From Laetmonice hystrix (taxonomy: Eukaryota): DNA of 64,000 nt. Each line of letters opens with the position of its first letter. Position 1 is the stretch's first letter. The notes under the pieces are model-generated. The model worked only from the letters and a program-made list of their open reading frames with translations, ran no database searches and had not been told where the DNA came from. The DNA lies in NCBI GenBank assembly GCA_965235115.1, contig OZ249445.1, positions 3,782,001-3,846,000 on the forward strand. The letters run 5' to 3'. Made by a program: the position numbers and the translations under genes. Below are positions 36,249 to 49,800 of this stretch, piece after piece.

Positions 36249-39200
36249 ATTTCACAGGTATTTGATGGGAAAGTAGGACTCAGCATTAAGACAGCATCAG
36301 ACTGGGTGGTATATCAGTCACATTTTGTGTGGGTGGTGGGGTATCAGCAGCTTGGCGTCAGAAATAGATCAGTTACTTGTAAATAAGTGTCATCTTAACC
36401 ACAACCTTTTTCCAAGAACTACTATATCACACTGTATCGGGTTGACCGATAGGAACTGAAGTAGGGGATTGGCCAAACTACAGTACCAGTTTTTGTAGTC
36501 AGCAGCAAAGATAGTGTCGTCGGGCCCTTGGAGGGCCAAGTGAGGTTTCAAGGTATAACATCAGTTAAGGAAAATGACTTGCTGTTAACATGACCCAAGA
36601 TTAAAGCGAGAAGTTAGAGGCAAATTAAAGTTTAAAACGAATGAGGTTTTCAGGAATGTCTTATAAAGAAATGCCCATAAGCAAAGTCTGTCAAGTATCG
36701 GTACGATAATAGCCATACCTGTCTGAAAATAATAACAATACAGCCATAGATCTGTTTTACAAAAAAGAAACAATTCCTATTGATTGGCTGACTATCATCA
36801 TGACAAGGCAATTTCTCTTCACCCGAAATATTGGGATTCAAGTTTTTGCCAAGAAGTAAACGGAATAGTGTTTGAAAACATTGTTCCTGAGATGTGGACA
36901 AATACGACCTAATATGATTGGATGGAGAGAAGTCATTGGTCTAAGTTGACAGAGGTTAGCGAGGCCAAGGGTGGACGCCCAGCTTCTCACTTTGCCTGAT
37001 TCCGCCACGTTCTGTGGACCCAGCGTCTGTCGTGGCTAACAGATGACCTTGGACAACTCCCACCGACGGCGATCGATTCCACCAGGATGTTTAAGTAATT
37101 AATTTATCTGGCTCACGGACAAGAAACCAGAATCCTGAATGTGTCAACATTGAGTTTACGTGTCTGATTTTGTGAGCAACTCATACAGGCATGGTGATTG
37201 ACTCTAAAACCGGTATTTGCATGGCCAACAATAATTTCCCTCGGCCAGTTTTCTCCCGATTTTTCCTGCTCACAACCCAGACTGACCCTGGCCACAGATG
37301 GATCACACATTAAAAAAACAACATTGTCTCAGTCACTAAAAAGGCCAGCATTTGAGTCACAGGTTTGTGTCACACGGCCACATTGTTGCAGCAGGTGCAG
37401 CGGTGATGAAATCAATTGTCCTTGGAATAATGGATCTGCCGGGCTGCTGTGTGAGGGGAAAAAATGAACTTGTCAGTTGCAGGAAAGAAAGAAAGGCATT
37501 GAACCATTGAGTCAAACAGGGTGATATCAGCTAGGCCCATGCGTCCATTCGGACGGGGTGATCGGACACGGAGTTTGAGCTGACTTTTTCTCCTCCTTTG
37601 ATATTCAGTGGTGCATAAAATGCCAAACTGAAATTATTCATATCGTAAAGTACGACTCCATGGTTTATTGGTTAGGGTATGTTTATATTCTAACTACTGT
37701 GGTGTGTGTGCTTAGCTTTTGTAGTGGTTTCAAATCTGAGGTCTTTGTAGTTGAGTCAGGACAGCATTCAAAGCTGTGAGTGGAGGGCGGGTGGGATAAT
37801 ATCCTGTTGTTGCCATTAGGATTTCAATGAACTCAGACCTAATGATAAACTCCTGTCAGAGAGTGTCCCAGAGACATTATAATTAAATTAAGTTCTGAGT
37901 CCGGTTCAAGCTCAAGTCAAACTCGCTTCAAGTAAATACCGTCCAATAGGATTTAATATAATCGACTGTACAACTTGAAATAATTGACATGGCTGTGTGT
38001 AGCGGACCCATATTGGATGGAATGGATGAAAGATATACTCTTTGATGTCACTGGTAACAGTGGTTGGTATATTTAGTCAGTCAGACAAGTCTGCGAGCAC
38101 GATGATCAGTCCATTGTGGACTGAACAGGTGGTTGTAAACGTGAGGCTAGGCTAAATATGGTCGGTACCAGTGGTGATTACTCACTAGGTGTGAGCCACA
38201 TAGGAGGAGGGGACTGAGAAAGCACTGTGGATGTCTCCTTCAATATTGTAAAGGTTTCACCCACTCGCACCAAGCTAATAAAGCCACAATGAAGCAAAGT
38301 CCCGTTGCCTCGGTGCCTTTCAAAACGGCTTTCTTCGCTCTTTATGTAGCCGTAATAAAGTCTAAGGACACGGAGGCGGGCAATTTGAGTGAAGATTACA
38401 TTATTGGGAGCTATGCCCCCCTCCTCCAGCGTTCTGACATCTCCAGCGTAGATCATGTCTGACCATGGAGACTGAGGCCATATTGAGCAGGACAAGCTGG
38501 GAGCGTACGTGTGTATCATTAGCATGAGAGCCTCAGGTTGTCCTCAGGCCTCGTCCCTCCTCTCGTCAATGGAAGGATAAAACACCGAGGTAGCCACATG
38601 CAGCTGCTGCTCTGTCTAGATCATTCTGCGTCATTAGGGTGGCGGAGACTACCCTGCTTTGTTTTTCCCTAGGATGTCTTGCTGTTGCCTAGTAACACGA
38701 TTTAGGTGGTCAGGGGCGACGGGTAGTTTCATGAAGAGACCGAGTGCGTGTCACTTGCTTAGGCCCGGCCGAGCGTATGGCGGGCTCCAGACCAGAGGAT
38801 ATTGATCGACCTGTAGGGAAAGGAGGACATAGTTTGTGCGTGGCCAATAACTTCTCACTATCTGTCCAAGCCTTTTGTCTCCTGCTCCAGGCTGGTCGTA
38901 CGGCCGCAGGAACCCAGCAGGGACCCGGGCAGGGACTGGGGCAAGGACCCGGGCAGGGTACCGGATGGGAGGACGGCTGCACCAACCAACAGCATGCCCT
39001 GTGTTCCTCACCAACCTCTATTGATTTTCACACAGAGACATATGAGCCTTTCACCTTGCGCCTGGCGGCCGTTCTGGAAAGGACACGATCGATTTACAGT
39101 TTCATTGTTTGAATTGAAGTGTACTCGGTGGTGGACACAAATTGTAGGATGGCTTTGGTCAGGATGTCGCTAAAAATATGAAAGGCAAAGCATATTTCCA

Positions 39201-41056
39201 GGAATAGGAGGAGATGGTGCCATTGGCTAACCTAGGAATGGGGGGATTTCTTGTTAGGCAGGTTGGGCCTTCAGCGTAAATACTTAGGAAGCTGAGAGCG
39301 GCTTAGAGTACTGTCAAATTATCACTGAGCGCTAATGATGGGGAATACCATGTTCAGGAGGATATCCAGCTAGCCAGATGGTTACCCATGGCCTATCTTG
39401 ATGGCATCTTTATATGTAAGAGATGCAGATGATAATGACCTGTTCCTACAGCGAGTATTATACAGCACGGAGACTCATTAGTGAGAATGGTGTCAAAGTT
39501 AACGGGAGGACATGAGGAGCGGTGGAAGCCTCCAGTTGTTGTGCCAAGTTTAGACCGGCATCCATATTATCAGAATGCAATCGGAATTGTAGTTGATGAA
39601 GCTGGGTGACCGGAGACCTTGGTCTGAATCATGGTTAGCAATTCCTGGAGGGAAGCAGCAATAGTACGGTGCTCACCTCTCCAAGCCATGAATATGCTGT
39701 GTCTATAGCTAGCATGATCTGGCTCAGGACAACCACAATGGTCCAGTTTAGACACCAAGGTCACAGCAAGGACAACCACTATTCATTATACAGCTATACA
39801 GCTATCCCAGTTGCAAGTTCAATTGGCATAAGATATATTCATTTTAACATAGAAATGTTAAGAAATATATTATCACTCATAGGTAACCAAGGATCGTAGC
39901 TTCAGACCAGGCGGTAGTATATGAATTAAATACTGTCACGGAAGAGCCTCGACTTTCGTTTGAGTCCCTGTTTAGGGTTTCTGCCTTGAGTGCCAAGCCA
40001 TGCTTACTGTTGGCTTCAGAGACACTTATTGACCACGCCCATCCATAGCGTGCACATTACTGGAGTCGGGTCGATTTCTTTTTGCTATCACACGGCTAAT
40101 ACCACAAGTCGTGCCATTGCCCGAGCACCCAAAGTCATGTTGGAGGCTCCCTTTAAGCCTGTGCTCCCTGAGCTCCCCTGGCCTGCAAGGACACAGCCGT
40201 ACTCCATCGAGTAGAGGCTCATTTTACTAAGACTTTACGTGCTCGTCCTTATAGAACGTAAACAAGCAAAAACTCGTATATTTTGCTAAAATGATATAAA
40301 GAAAAAACGAGCTGGTAAAATACGAGTGTTAATGAAACGGTCCCCAGGTCCAGGCGGTGTTGGGGTAAGAGCCTGGCGCTGCCTGCCCCAGTCTAAGCGG
40401 GAGGGCCACTAAGGGCCCAGACAGAATCCAACAAATATTGAGCATGCCATCGATTGACCTCCTTCCCCCTTGTTCCACCCTTGTGGCAGCGTTGCCAGAA
40501 GCAGCGATGCCAGGCAGTATCACGGCATTAGCTGCACATCCAATTATTTGGCCTGATTGAATTGGGCAGGTCGGAGTCCATCAGTCACCTGTGGAGTGGG
40601 GCAGGGACCAGCAGGTGAGCGTACAGGTAGATTACCCTCAGCATGGTGATCAAGATATACATCCTTGTGCTGCCCGGCCTGCACAACCTGCTCCGCCCAT
40701 TCCGGAGCTGCCATGCAACATTAGGTTGTGTGAGTTAATGCCCTGACCCACATCTCAACCCCCTTCCCAACAATTCTACCCCGACCACGCCGACACCTAG
40801 GCTGCCAAGCAATGGCCCCGACCCCGCAGCAATTGCATTTTTCGGCTCACAGGCTAATCCATTGGTCTCGACGCATGGGCACGTTAGTTGGTCATAATAT
40901 GGCCTGCTCGAAGGGGTGGTTGTGCTAATGGGCAAGTTCATTGGTAGACGACTTCATTGGCCTGTTCATGGGCTGGCACGTGTGTTCTTTGTGAGGCAGT
41001 GGATGGGCCAGAGAGGGCATGGGCCGAGTTGGGAGTGGGCCTTGGCATGGGATATA

Positions 41057-41256
41057 CTTTGGGTTATAGGGTTGTGTCTGGTCAGGGTTGTAGGATTGTG
41101 TATGAACTGGGCAGTGAGCTCGGTTGTCGGGTTGTGTCTGGGCTGAGTTGTAGGGTTGTGTATGAACTGGGCAGTGGGCTGGGTTGTCGGGTTGTGTCTG
41201 GGCTGAGTTGTAGGGTTGTGTATGAACTGGGCAGTGCGCTGGGTTGTCGGGTTGTT
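41057..41256 (+). repeat. 60-bp tandem repeat, about 3 copies
   Basis: tatgaactgggcagtg at 41101, 41161 and 41221. Confidence 0.92.
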
Positions 41257-44200
41257 ATGGCTTCACTTGGGTTTAGGGTTTGTTCCTGCAGTTGCTGGTA
41301 CATACATGGTCGCAGATGTCTCCTGCCATGTCACACACGGAGATAGGGGGAGTATAAAGAACAGTTCCATCCAGCGGCCGCCTATTAACCGTATGCCATC
41401 CGCTTTATGGAGGCCGCCAGGAGGGAGATAACCATCGATGTGGAGTAGGCAGTTGGCGCAATAAGCACGCTGGTCGCGCCATCCTAGAACGACTGACGGA
41501 GCCATCCAATTGTCGATCCTCTCATTAACTTGTCCCTGTTATTCTTCATACGGTTTCATAACTTCCAAATCTGAGGATTGGTGAAGTTGGGGAGTATAAA
41601 ACTGATGCTAAAAGTGACATATCCTGGCAGTTTCCGGTGAGTTATATACTAGGCAAGTTGATGTTTTCCCTGGGTAATTCTTGCGACTTCTGTGGTATCG
41701 TGTAATCTTTGTTCGAGCTTCCATTATATTGATAATTGCATTATCACAAAGTAGAACCGAAAAACATGAAGGAGCGATTTATGAGGGTGAACTTTGTGGC
41801 CCCTAAGTGTTACAAATGGTGAGGGAGAAGCAATTTTCTTTATAAGTGGATGATCCTTCCTCAGATCATACGACTTAATCATGCTGTTGTTGGTCCTAAT
41901 TGACAAGGCGATTGCTGGACCTTCCAATATGGGAAATTCTCTGAAGAAATAAGAATAGATGCACTTTAACAGGAATAGAAATTATTTTCAGTTGCACTGA
42001 AGTTGAAGGCTTTACGGTGCTCCTGTAGAGCAGTGGTGTGCGTACATGAGGCTTGTCTGGCCTTTGGAATCAATGCCTTTAAATATTGATTTTCACCTCC
42101 CTCGAGCGTAACACTAAGTGCAATTGCTACAGGAATGGGCAGAAAACATGAACAGTCATTATTTTCAAAGTGCAGAAATGGTTAAGAGTTTGAAATCAAA
42201 GAATAATGTGAATATTTTCTCTCTCTGTCTGTGCAGCCAAATGACGTGGAACGGGCCTTACATAGGCTGGCGGATGTTGTAGGTTGGAGTGTGGAGGGGG
42301 CTGTCTGATACCCGCCAAATAATTTGTTTGTGCCCCCAGCGTAATGGACTTGGCGGGGCTTACAATGACAGTTTGGTGCAAATGGAAGCCGGGAGGCAGC
42401 GAGGGGCGCCCTCCTGTGGCGACCAACGTAACCGTGTAGAGACCCGGCACGGCTACATCAAGCACCGCTGATTGATTCTCTAATAGGCAATTGGAGGTTC
42501 CATTAAAACAAGGGAAGTCGGAGACTGCAGGAGGAGGCGGGGGGGGGGGGGTTCTCCCCACAGGGGGGAGGTGGTGGTCAGTAGAACATTGGCCTGGCCA
42601 ACCCCAAACTTAACCACTTGATGACCAGTCAGTCGCTGGGCCTGAGTCGGAATACCTGGCCAACAACAACACAAGGAGGGAGGGATTTCATTTACAATGG
42701 AGGCCGATTGCAATCAGCACCCAGTGAGCTATCGCCATGATCACCCGGGCCCGGGCCGTCCGTGTCCGGGGTGATTCACGTAATCAGGACTCGTGTGGGG
42801 CCTGCCTGGATGGGCCGGATCTTGCTTGCATCCCGCCGCCGTCAGACAGCTGTCCGCTCCTCCCCTACTTGACAGGTTATTAACCCGGGATGACGGCAGA
42901 CACTTTCACTGGGCACTCAAGAAACTTGTTATCTTATGGGTGAAATCCATACTTTGAAATCAGATATCCCTTTCCTGTTCTATCGTCTCCATGCAAACAC
43001 TGCATCTCGATAATACACAATATCAGCATAATAAAAATATAAGGGAATTATTATAGATTATACCTATGAAAATCTGATGAGAAGGGGTACTTTTCCTCAA
43101 TATTTCGAGGGAGGCATTTTAACCGTCAAGCCGACGTTCAGCCATCTTCACATCTGACGACAGGCAATTTTATGAAGGTCAGACCTCTTCCCAAAACCAT
43201 AAGGCTGCTACATATCCTTATCTGCCAGCCTGCTCCCAGTGTACATCTGTCTAAACACCGTGAATTTCGTTATTTTACGGTAGTGATCCAGCACGGCACC
43301 AGGCCGTGAAGTGTTGCCGTTTCCTGTCAGTGTGTGTCAAACACACAGAGGGAGTCAGTGCCAGCACCAGCGGGCCATAACGACTCCTCACCCTGGGGGC
43401 CTGCTCATGTCACCTGTCAGTGGTCCCACTCCACTCCATTCATGAAGACCGTACAGCTCGGCTCACTCTGAAACATTACATGGCGCGAAATGAAAGGATA
43501 TGGCGCGAAATGAAAGGATATTGTACGCACGGTATTAACTCACTGACGATGTTGTCATTATGACATTTCGATCAGTTGGACATTATGATAAAGAAACATT
43601 CAAACTAACATCTGTCACTGGCAGGGAGAAGCACCTGTACTGTAGGATTTCCTTACTTTTTGACTGCAAGTGTTAGCAAGAACAGAGGGTTGAAGAGGAG
43701 CAAGTGATCCACGGGAACATAATCACCACGAAAGGTCCATGTGAACTGTGGGTTTACAAGAAGACGTGAGGTCCACAGTAATAGAAGGTCCCCCCGGCAC
43801 ACAGGGAGCACAGGTGGCGAGGTGGAGTGCAGGAGAGTAGGCCTGCCGATCCATCAGGGCCCTGTGGTGGCCGGGTGGTGAGACCAGCCGAGGATCCGCT
43901 GGTACCCTGCCCCGCCCCCGACATCCCCGCTATCGTGTGACCACCCCGGTAATGCCTCCCGCTGGCCTCTTATCAACGAGCGTGGCATGGGTGACCACCA
44001 GGCAGAGTTTATGACCTGAGGTCAGCAATAAATTACCGCCACCAGACTGCAAGTCATAGTGATACAAGTTGTGAAAGGAGCCTGTGATTCAGACAACTCA
44101 AGAGGTCAGTGAAGCTAAAATTGGTCGTTCTATCAATGTGAGGATGAGGCCGCGTGTCCTTTGAGGAGAACCGAAATGCCAAGAGATCACTTTGATTTAT

Positions 44201-45759
44201 TGTGTTGAAAATGTCACCCTGGGTAATGAGAAGGTTTCAAGGAAGACAGATGTAGAACAGGGAAGTGTTCGGCAGGTAAAGCCGCCAAGGATCAAGGTAC
44301 TTGGGACCTTTTTGTCGGGACGTATAACCTGAACTTCCTGAACTAGACGGCGAAGGTTGTTAAAAAAACTCTTCGTAAAGGTCGCAGATTAAAGGACACG
44401 AATCCGGGGATATTGTCAGAGGAGGTTAGACAGCGAGGATATAAAGTGCTGTACTATAATATTATACAAGATATGTGATAATCTAGACAGAGTAAATCAA
44501 AACCGAAACAAGGCAGAAGCTGTTTGTGGTGCATATTGATTACCTTATAGTCCATTGATTCTGTACACCTGTCTACTTCAGGTTTTGAAATCTCCGTTCT
44601 CTTCAGTTCAATTGCATGGAGTACATTATTTGATAGCTCTCCACTTGGTGCCAGGAACGTTCCGATATTTATCTCCCCAGATTCTGTCTGTTCAGGGCAA
44701 GTGGTCAAGCGGTGATGGGTGATTATTGGTGACCTTGGCATGTTGCTCTGACACGCCCCTGTGGTAAGTGGTCAGTGATATGTTATGATGGTCAATTCGA
44801 GTTCGGCTCATCCTGATCAACCGCCCTGGAGGTCAGCCTCTCCTCCTGTGTACGTCCTTCATGATCATCCCTGGCTCTGCTCCAGCCCGCCCCCCCCCCC
44901 TACTCTCCTTCTGTAGATATAAGCTGACCTCCTGGTCGGCAGACTGGCGGCCGGTCACCCTCCCCAGCTGGTGGTAGTCAGGCCAGGCATTCCTCACTCT
45001 CCAAGTACCAAACTTACCACAGCCAGCCACGTTCACCTTCCTGGATGGTGTTCATAGCATGAACGGAACGACTTAATTCGTTCACTATAGTCTAATTGAC
45101 TCCCCTTCCACAACAAAAATCCTGATGTGATTTGAAGATAACTGTGATTGAGTAGTGTGCTTTGGCACTTTAATTGTACAGTATTCTTTTAAAAAGAGAC
45201 ATAGTATACATAAACCACGGCTAATTGTATAGTGAGATATTCTTTTGTGCATATTATATGAAGGTGATAATATCAGGCGTGTAGCAAACATTACTAGTAT
45301 TGATCATTTCTCAGTCCGAGCTGCAGTCGCTGAATCGTAACAACAGACAATGAAATGTGAACATTTATGTGATGTGCTCCACCGAATTGGTAGTTTGGGT
45401 GGACGCCAGGAGACAGGGGAGGCCACATCGATGAACATGTTATGGCCAAATATGTCTGTGAACGAAAACACCCAGCCCAGGATACTGAGGAGATCATAGT
45501 GATGAACAAGGTCAAACAATTCACTAGACAAGTCAGTCAACCGGTAGGCAGAACAAGTTGCCCATTACGCCGTGATGGAATTGCTAGGTTCCTGTGTGAT
45601 TTGCCTTGACTCGGTCACCTCTAGGGCCCCTGTGTGCTGTTTGTTGGTAAATCCCTGAGGTAATATCTCCACGGAATTTGGTGGGTAAGTGTTAAATATC
45701 TATCACTATTCCTGGCCCAAACCTGACAGACCGTAATCCCGAACGTCAGTCCCCGTACC

Positions 45760-46897
45760 CTGCCCCGAACTGAACCCTGCCTCTAACCATACCCCTGCCC
45801 TAACCATGATCCCTGTCCCTAACCGTGATCCCCGCCCCTAACCGTGATCCCTGCCCTAACTGTGATACCAGCCCTAACCGTGATCCCTGCCCCTAACCGT
45901 GATCCCTGCCCCTAACTGTGATCCCTGCCCCTAACATTACTGATCCCTGTCCCTAACCATGACCCCTGCCCTAACCATGATCCCTGTCCCTAACCGTGAT
46001 CCCCGCCCCTAACCGTGATCCCTGCCCCTAACTGTGATACCAACCCTAACCGTGATCCCTGCCCCTAACCGTGATCCCTACCCCTAACCGTGATCCCTGC
46101 CCCTAACCGTGATCCCTGCCCCTAACCATGATCCCTGCCCCTAACTGATCCCTGCCCCTAACATTACTGATCCCTGTCCCTAACCATGACCCCTGCCCTA
46201 ACCATGACCCCTGCCCTAACCATGATCCCTGTCCCTAACCGTGATCCCCGCCCCTAACCGTGATCCCTGCCCCTAACTGTGATACCAACCCTAACCGTGA
46301 TCCCTGCCCCTAACCGTGATCCCTACCCCTAACCGTGATCCCTGCCCCTAACCGTGATCCCTGCCCCTAACCATGATCCCTGCCCCTAACTGATCCCTGC
46401 CCCTAACATTACTGATCCCTGTCCCTAACCATGACCCCTGCCCTAACCATGATCCCTGTCCCTAACCATGGCCCCTGCCCCTAACCGTGATCCCTGTCCC
46501 TAACCGTGATCCCTGCCCCTAACCGTGATCCCTGCACCTAACCGTGATCCCTGTCCCTAACCGTGATCCCTGCCCCTAACCTTGATCCTGTCCCTGACCG
46601 TGATCCCTGCCCCTAATCGTAATCCCTGCCCCTAACATTACTGATCCCAGTCCCTAACCATGATCCCTGCCCCTAACCGTGATCCCTGCCCCTAACCTTG
46701 ATCCTGTCTCTGACCGTGATCCCTGCCCCTAATCGTAATCCCTGCCCCTAACATTACTGATCCCTGTCCCTAACCGTGATCCCTGTCCCTAACCGTGATC
46801 CCTGTCCCTAACCATGGCCCCTGCCCCTAACCATGATCCCTGCCCCTAACCGTGATCCCTGTCCCTAACCGTGGCCCCTGCCCCTAACCGTGATCCT
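45760..46897 (+). repeat. Telomere-like 19-20-bp minisatellite (CCCTAACCGTGATCCCTG(C/T))n with higher-order structure
   Basis: Roughly 55-60 units, nearly all containing CCCTAA; variant markers recur at about 227-245 bp. Confidence 0.97.
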
Positions 46898-49800
46898 GCC
46901 TGTTGTGTATAGCAGAACGATCATCACCGCTCAAACTCTCCCCTCTGTGATGGCGGAGTTTCCATGGGTCACGCCAGAACGGATGGGCTGAGGTCATGTG
47001 GATTTAGAGTGGTCATAACTGGAGGCAGGGTGGTGGTGGTGGTGGTGGTGGTGGTGGTGGGAGGGGGCTAGTGGGTGGAGAGACCGCAGACAGTCAGACT
47101 GTCGGTGGATGTAGTTTGGGGCCGTGTGCAGCGATGCGGGCCTCCTCAGATTTTCTCAGAACTGAGATGTACACGCTGCTGGGACCGATTACATGAGGAC
47201 AAGACCAAGTCCTTACCCCCAACCCTCGACCTCTCCCACCCTAACCCCCTCCCCATTCTACCCCCCCCCCCCCCTGCCCCCCATCTACACCGAGGCAGGC
47301 ACGTACACTCCACCACTCCAAGCGAGCATGGAACCAGAGAGGCTCAGTTTGATGACGAAATGATATTCAAAGCAAACATACTAATGTTTTACAGTCCAAA
47401 GGCTGTGTCTTTCATTGGGGCCACCAAATATTGCACCAAACCCCATTAACCAGAATTTCAGTTGTCATGACAAAGATGAACTGTGTGGTTTAACATGTCA
47501 GAACTCGTGAGGGGACGAGGATCGTGTTTGTGATTCCTCAGTTCGGGAAGTGTGGTCGTCTGACACAGATAGCTTTTTCTCATACCTATGATCATGCAGC
47601 TTTGGCAAGCCTTTGTGAGTTCCTTGAGGAGAAAAACACAGCACAATGTGTCGAGTTTCTGATTCATATTACATTAGATCCTTCAGTGTCGGGGTTTCAT
47701 TTCAAGCCACCTGTTTTTATGGCTGTCGGTTATTTCTAAGTGCCCCCCCCCCTTCCCGCCCCCACATTAGCGTGGCCAGGGGATGGGGTAAGCCCAGCAC
47801 ATGGCCGGTAGCCTACAAAGATGACGACACATTCCAGGGGACTGGCGAAGGACGGATTGGATCCCTAGCGGGGAAATAAGTTTTTAATAAGAGTGGAGCC
47901 ACAGGTTGTGCGGGTCGGTGCTGTACATACCAATGATAAAGGTTCGGTGTCGTGTTGGCAACCGACCGGCCGGTCTGCCGACCCACCGACTGGCCGACTG
48001 GCGGTCTCAACACCCCCTGTTCCAGTGTGATTCGTCAAACAGTGCGGGCGGAGCGACTACTGAATTATCAGTTTGTAAGGGCGCGCTCCACAGGCCGGGT
48101 GAACACACGGTGATCCTGAGTAATTTGTCTGTCGACGATTTCATCCGAAGAGTCGGTATGTTTTTGTGGAGTTCCGGAATCCAATACATATGAAGGATGA
48201 ATGTGTTTGAAGGGGGCTTCGGGCCCCTCTACACCAGTTCAATATCCTCAGGACGCCAAGGACTGTACCTTAGATTGAAAAAAGACAAGACCCCCCCCCC
48301 CCCCAAAAAAAAGGCTAGCCTTCATTTGGATTTAATCTGCCCATCTCAGACGAGATCCACACAGACAAATGTCGCCATTCTCCTTCATAACCCAACAACA
48401 AGAACATACTCGTGGGGATTCTGATTAGATTCTGACAGGTCAAAGGCTAATTTCATCCTATATATCAAACACTATTCTGCAGCAAACGCTAAAAACAAGA
48501 ACTGTTAACTGCTGGTCATAATTGAAGCCTTCCATAGGTCATCACCCTGAGCATCAGCGCCCAGGAAACCGTCAGGATATGACCCTTGACAATTATTTGG
48601 GGGAAAATGTCCACATTGTAGTCATTGAGCATCAGAAATGATATGATAGAAAGGCACTGAGGCAGTACAAAGTCAATTGGAAGCGAGGAACCGGTAGATT
48701 TCCCCATGGACACCCTGGCGAGCCAGACCCTTCCTGGGTGGATTTAATTGGACGTGAGGCCAGGGACTATGTACAGTGACCGTCTGTGATTACCATAAGT
48801 ATAACCCGTAATCTCATTAAGCTGGCCCCGATTGTGGGTGTCGGGTGCGTCCAGTGTCAGCATTTGACCAGTTGTGGACCATTTGGCGGGCAGATATTGT
48901 GACCTGCATGTGGTCTCTGTCAGATCAACACACGGTGGGATTGTTTGGCTGGCAGGTTTTGTATTCTGTGAGCCGTGTGTGTTTGTGTTCTCTGATCAAG
49001 GTTTGATCGGGTGACGTGAATCATGGGTATTTTGATAATTTGGCTGTCAGGTTCGGTATTCTGTGAGGCTGTGTCTGTCCTCTTCCCCGTCCAGGATCTG
49101 ATCATCACAATATGATAGCATGATTCTGTCCTGATGTAGTAGCAGGCTAGGTTAAGTTGGACAGGGAGGCGGATCACATGAGATAAAAACATCACATTCC
49201 TGCTTGTGTTAGGACATCTGCTTGCATAGAGTGTGATACCTGCTTCAATACGGGGACGTTTGCTTCTATGTAAAATGACATTTGCTTGCATTTACCTGCC
49301 AGTATCTAGCATTTGCTTGTCTATCCTGTTCACCCAGAGCACTGTGACTGGTGATGCTGCGAACTCTGAGTGCCTGGGTCAGAATCTCCCAAGGTTAGGT
49401 GTGAGGATGACTCAGGGTATGTTTGCTGATGGGGAGAGCCGGTAACACAGTGGATCATCACATCAGAGGGATTCAACTTGAAATTGAATAGATTATCCTG
49501 ATACAACCATTGAAAATCCAGGGGATGCATTCCTGATGTGATCGTATCGGTGGCATTGCGACGGGAAGGTTGTATGTAGTAGCGCAGCATTACTTATTCA
49601 CATGATCTCCGATATCTTTACTGAGATTACGGGCAAACGTTGGCATTCTAAAGGGGGAAAATATTGTTGGTGATCCGGAATATCATCATTGGTTGGAATG
49701 ATCGACGAAGCCTGAAGTATGATGGATATATCACCTATGGCCTGTAAAGTGTGTAGCTTTCATAGGGGCCTCGCTTGATGTATTGACCAGGAGGGTAGAA

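Noticed and set aside
36180-36250. tRNA gene (B box GGTTCGAATCC)
   Set aside because: No cloverleaf can be formed and it continues into a SINE core, so it is annotated as a SINE
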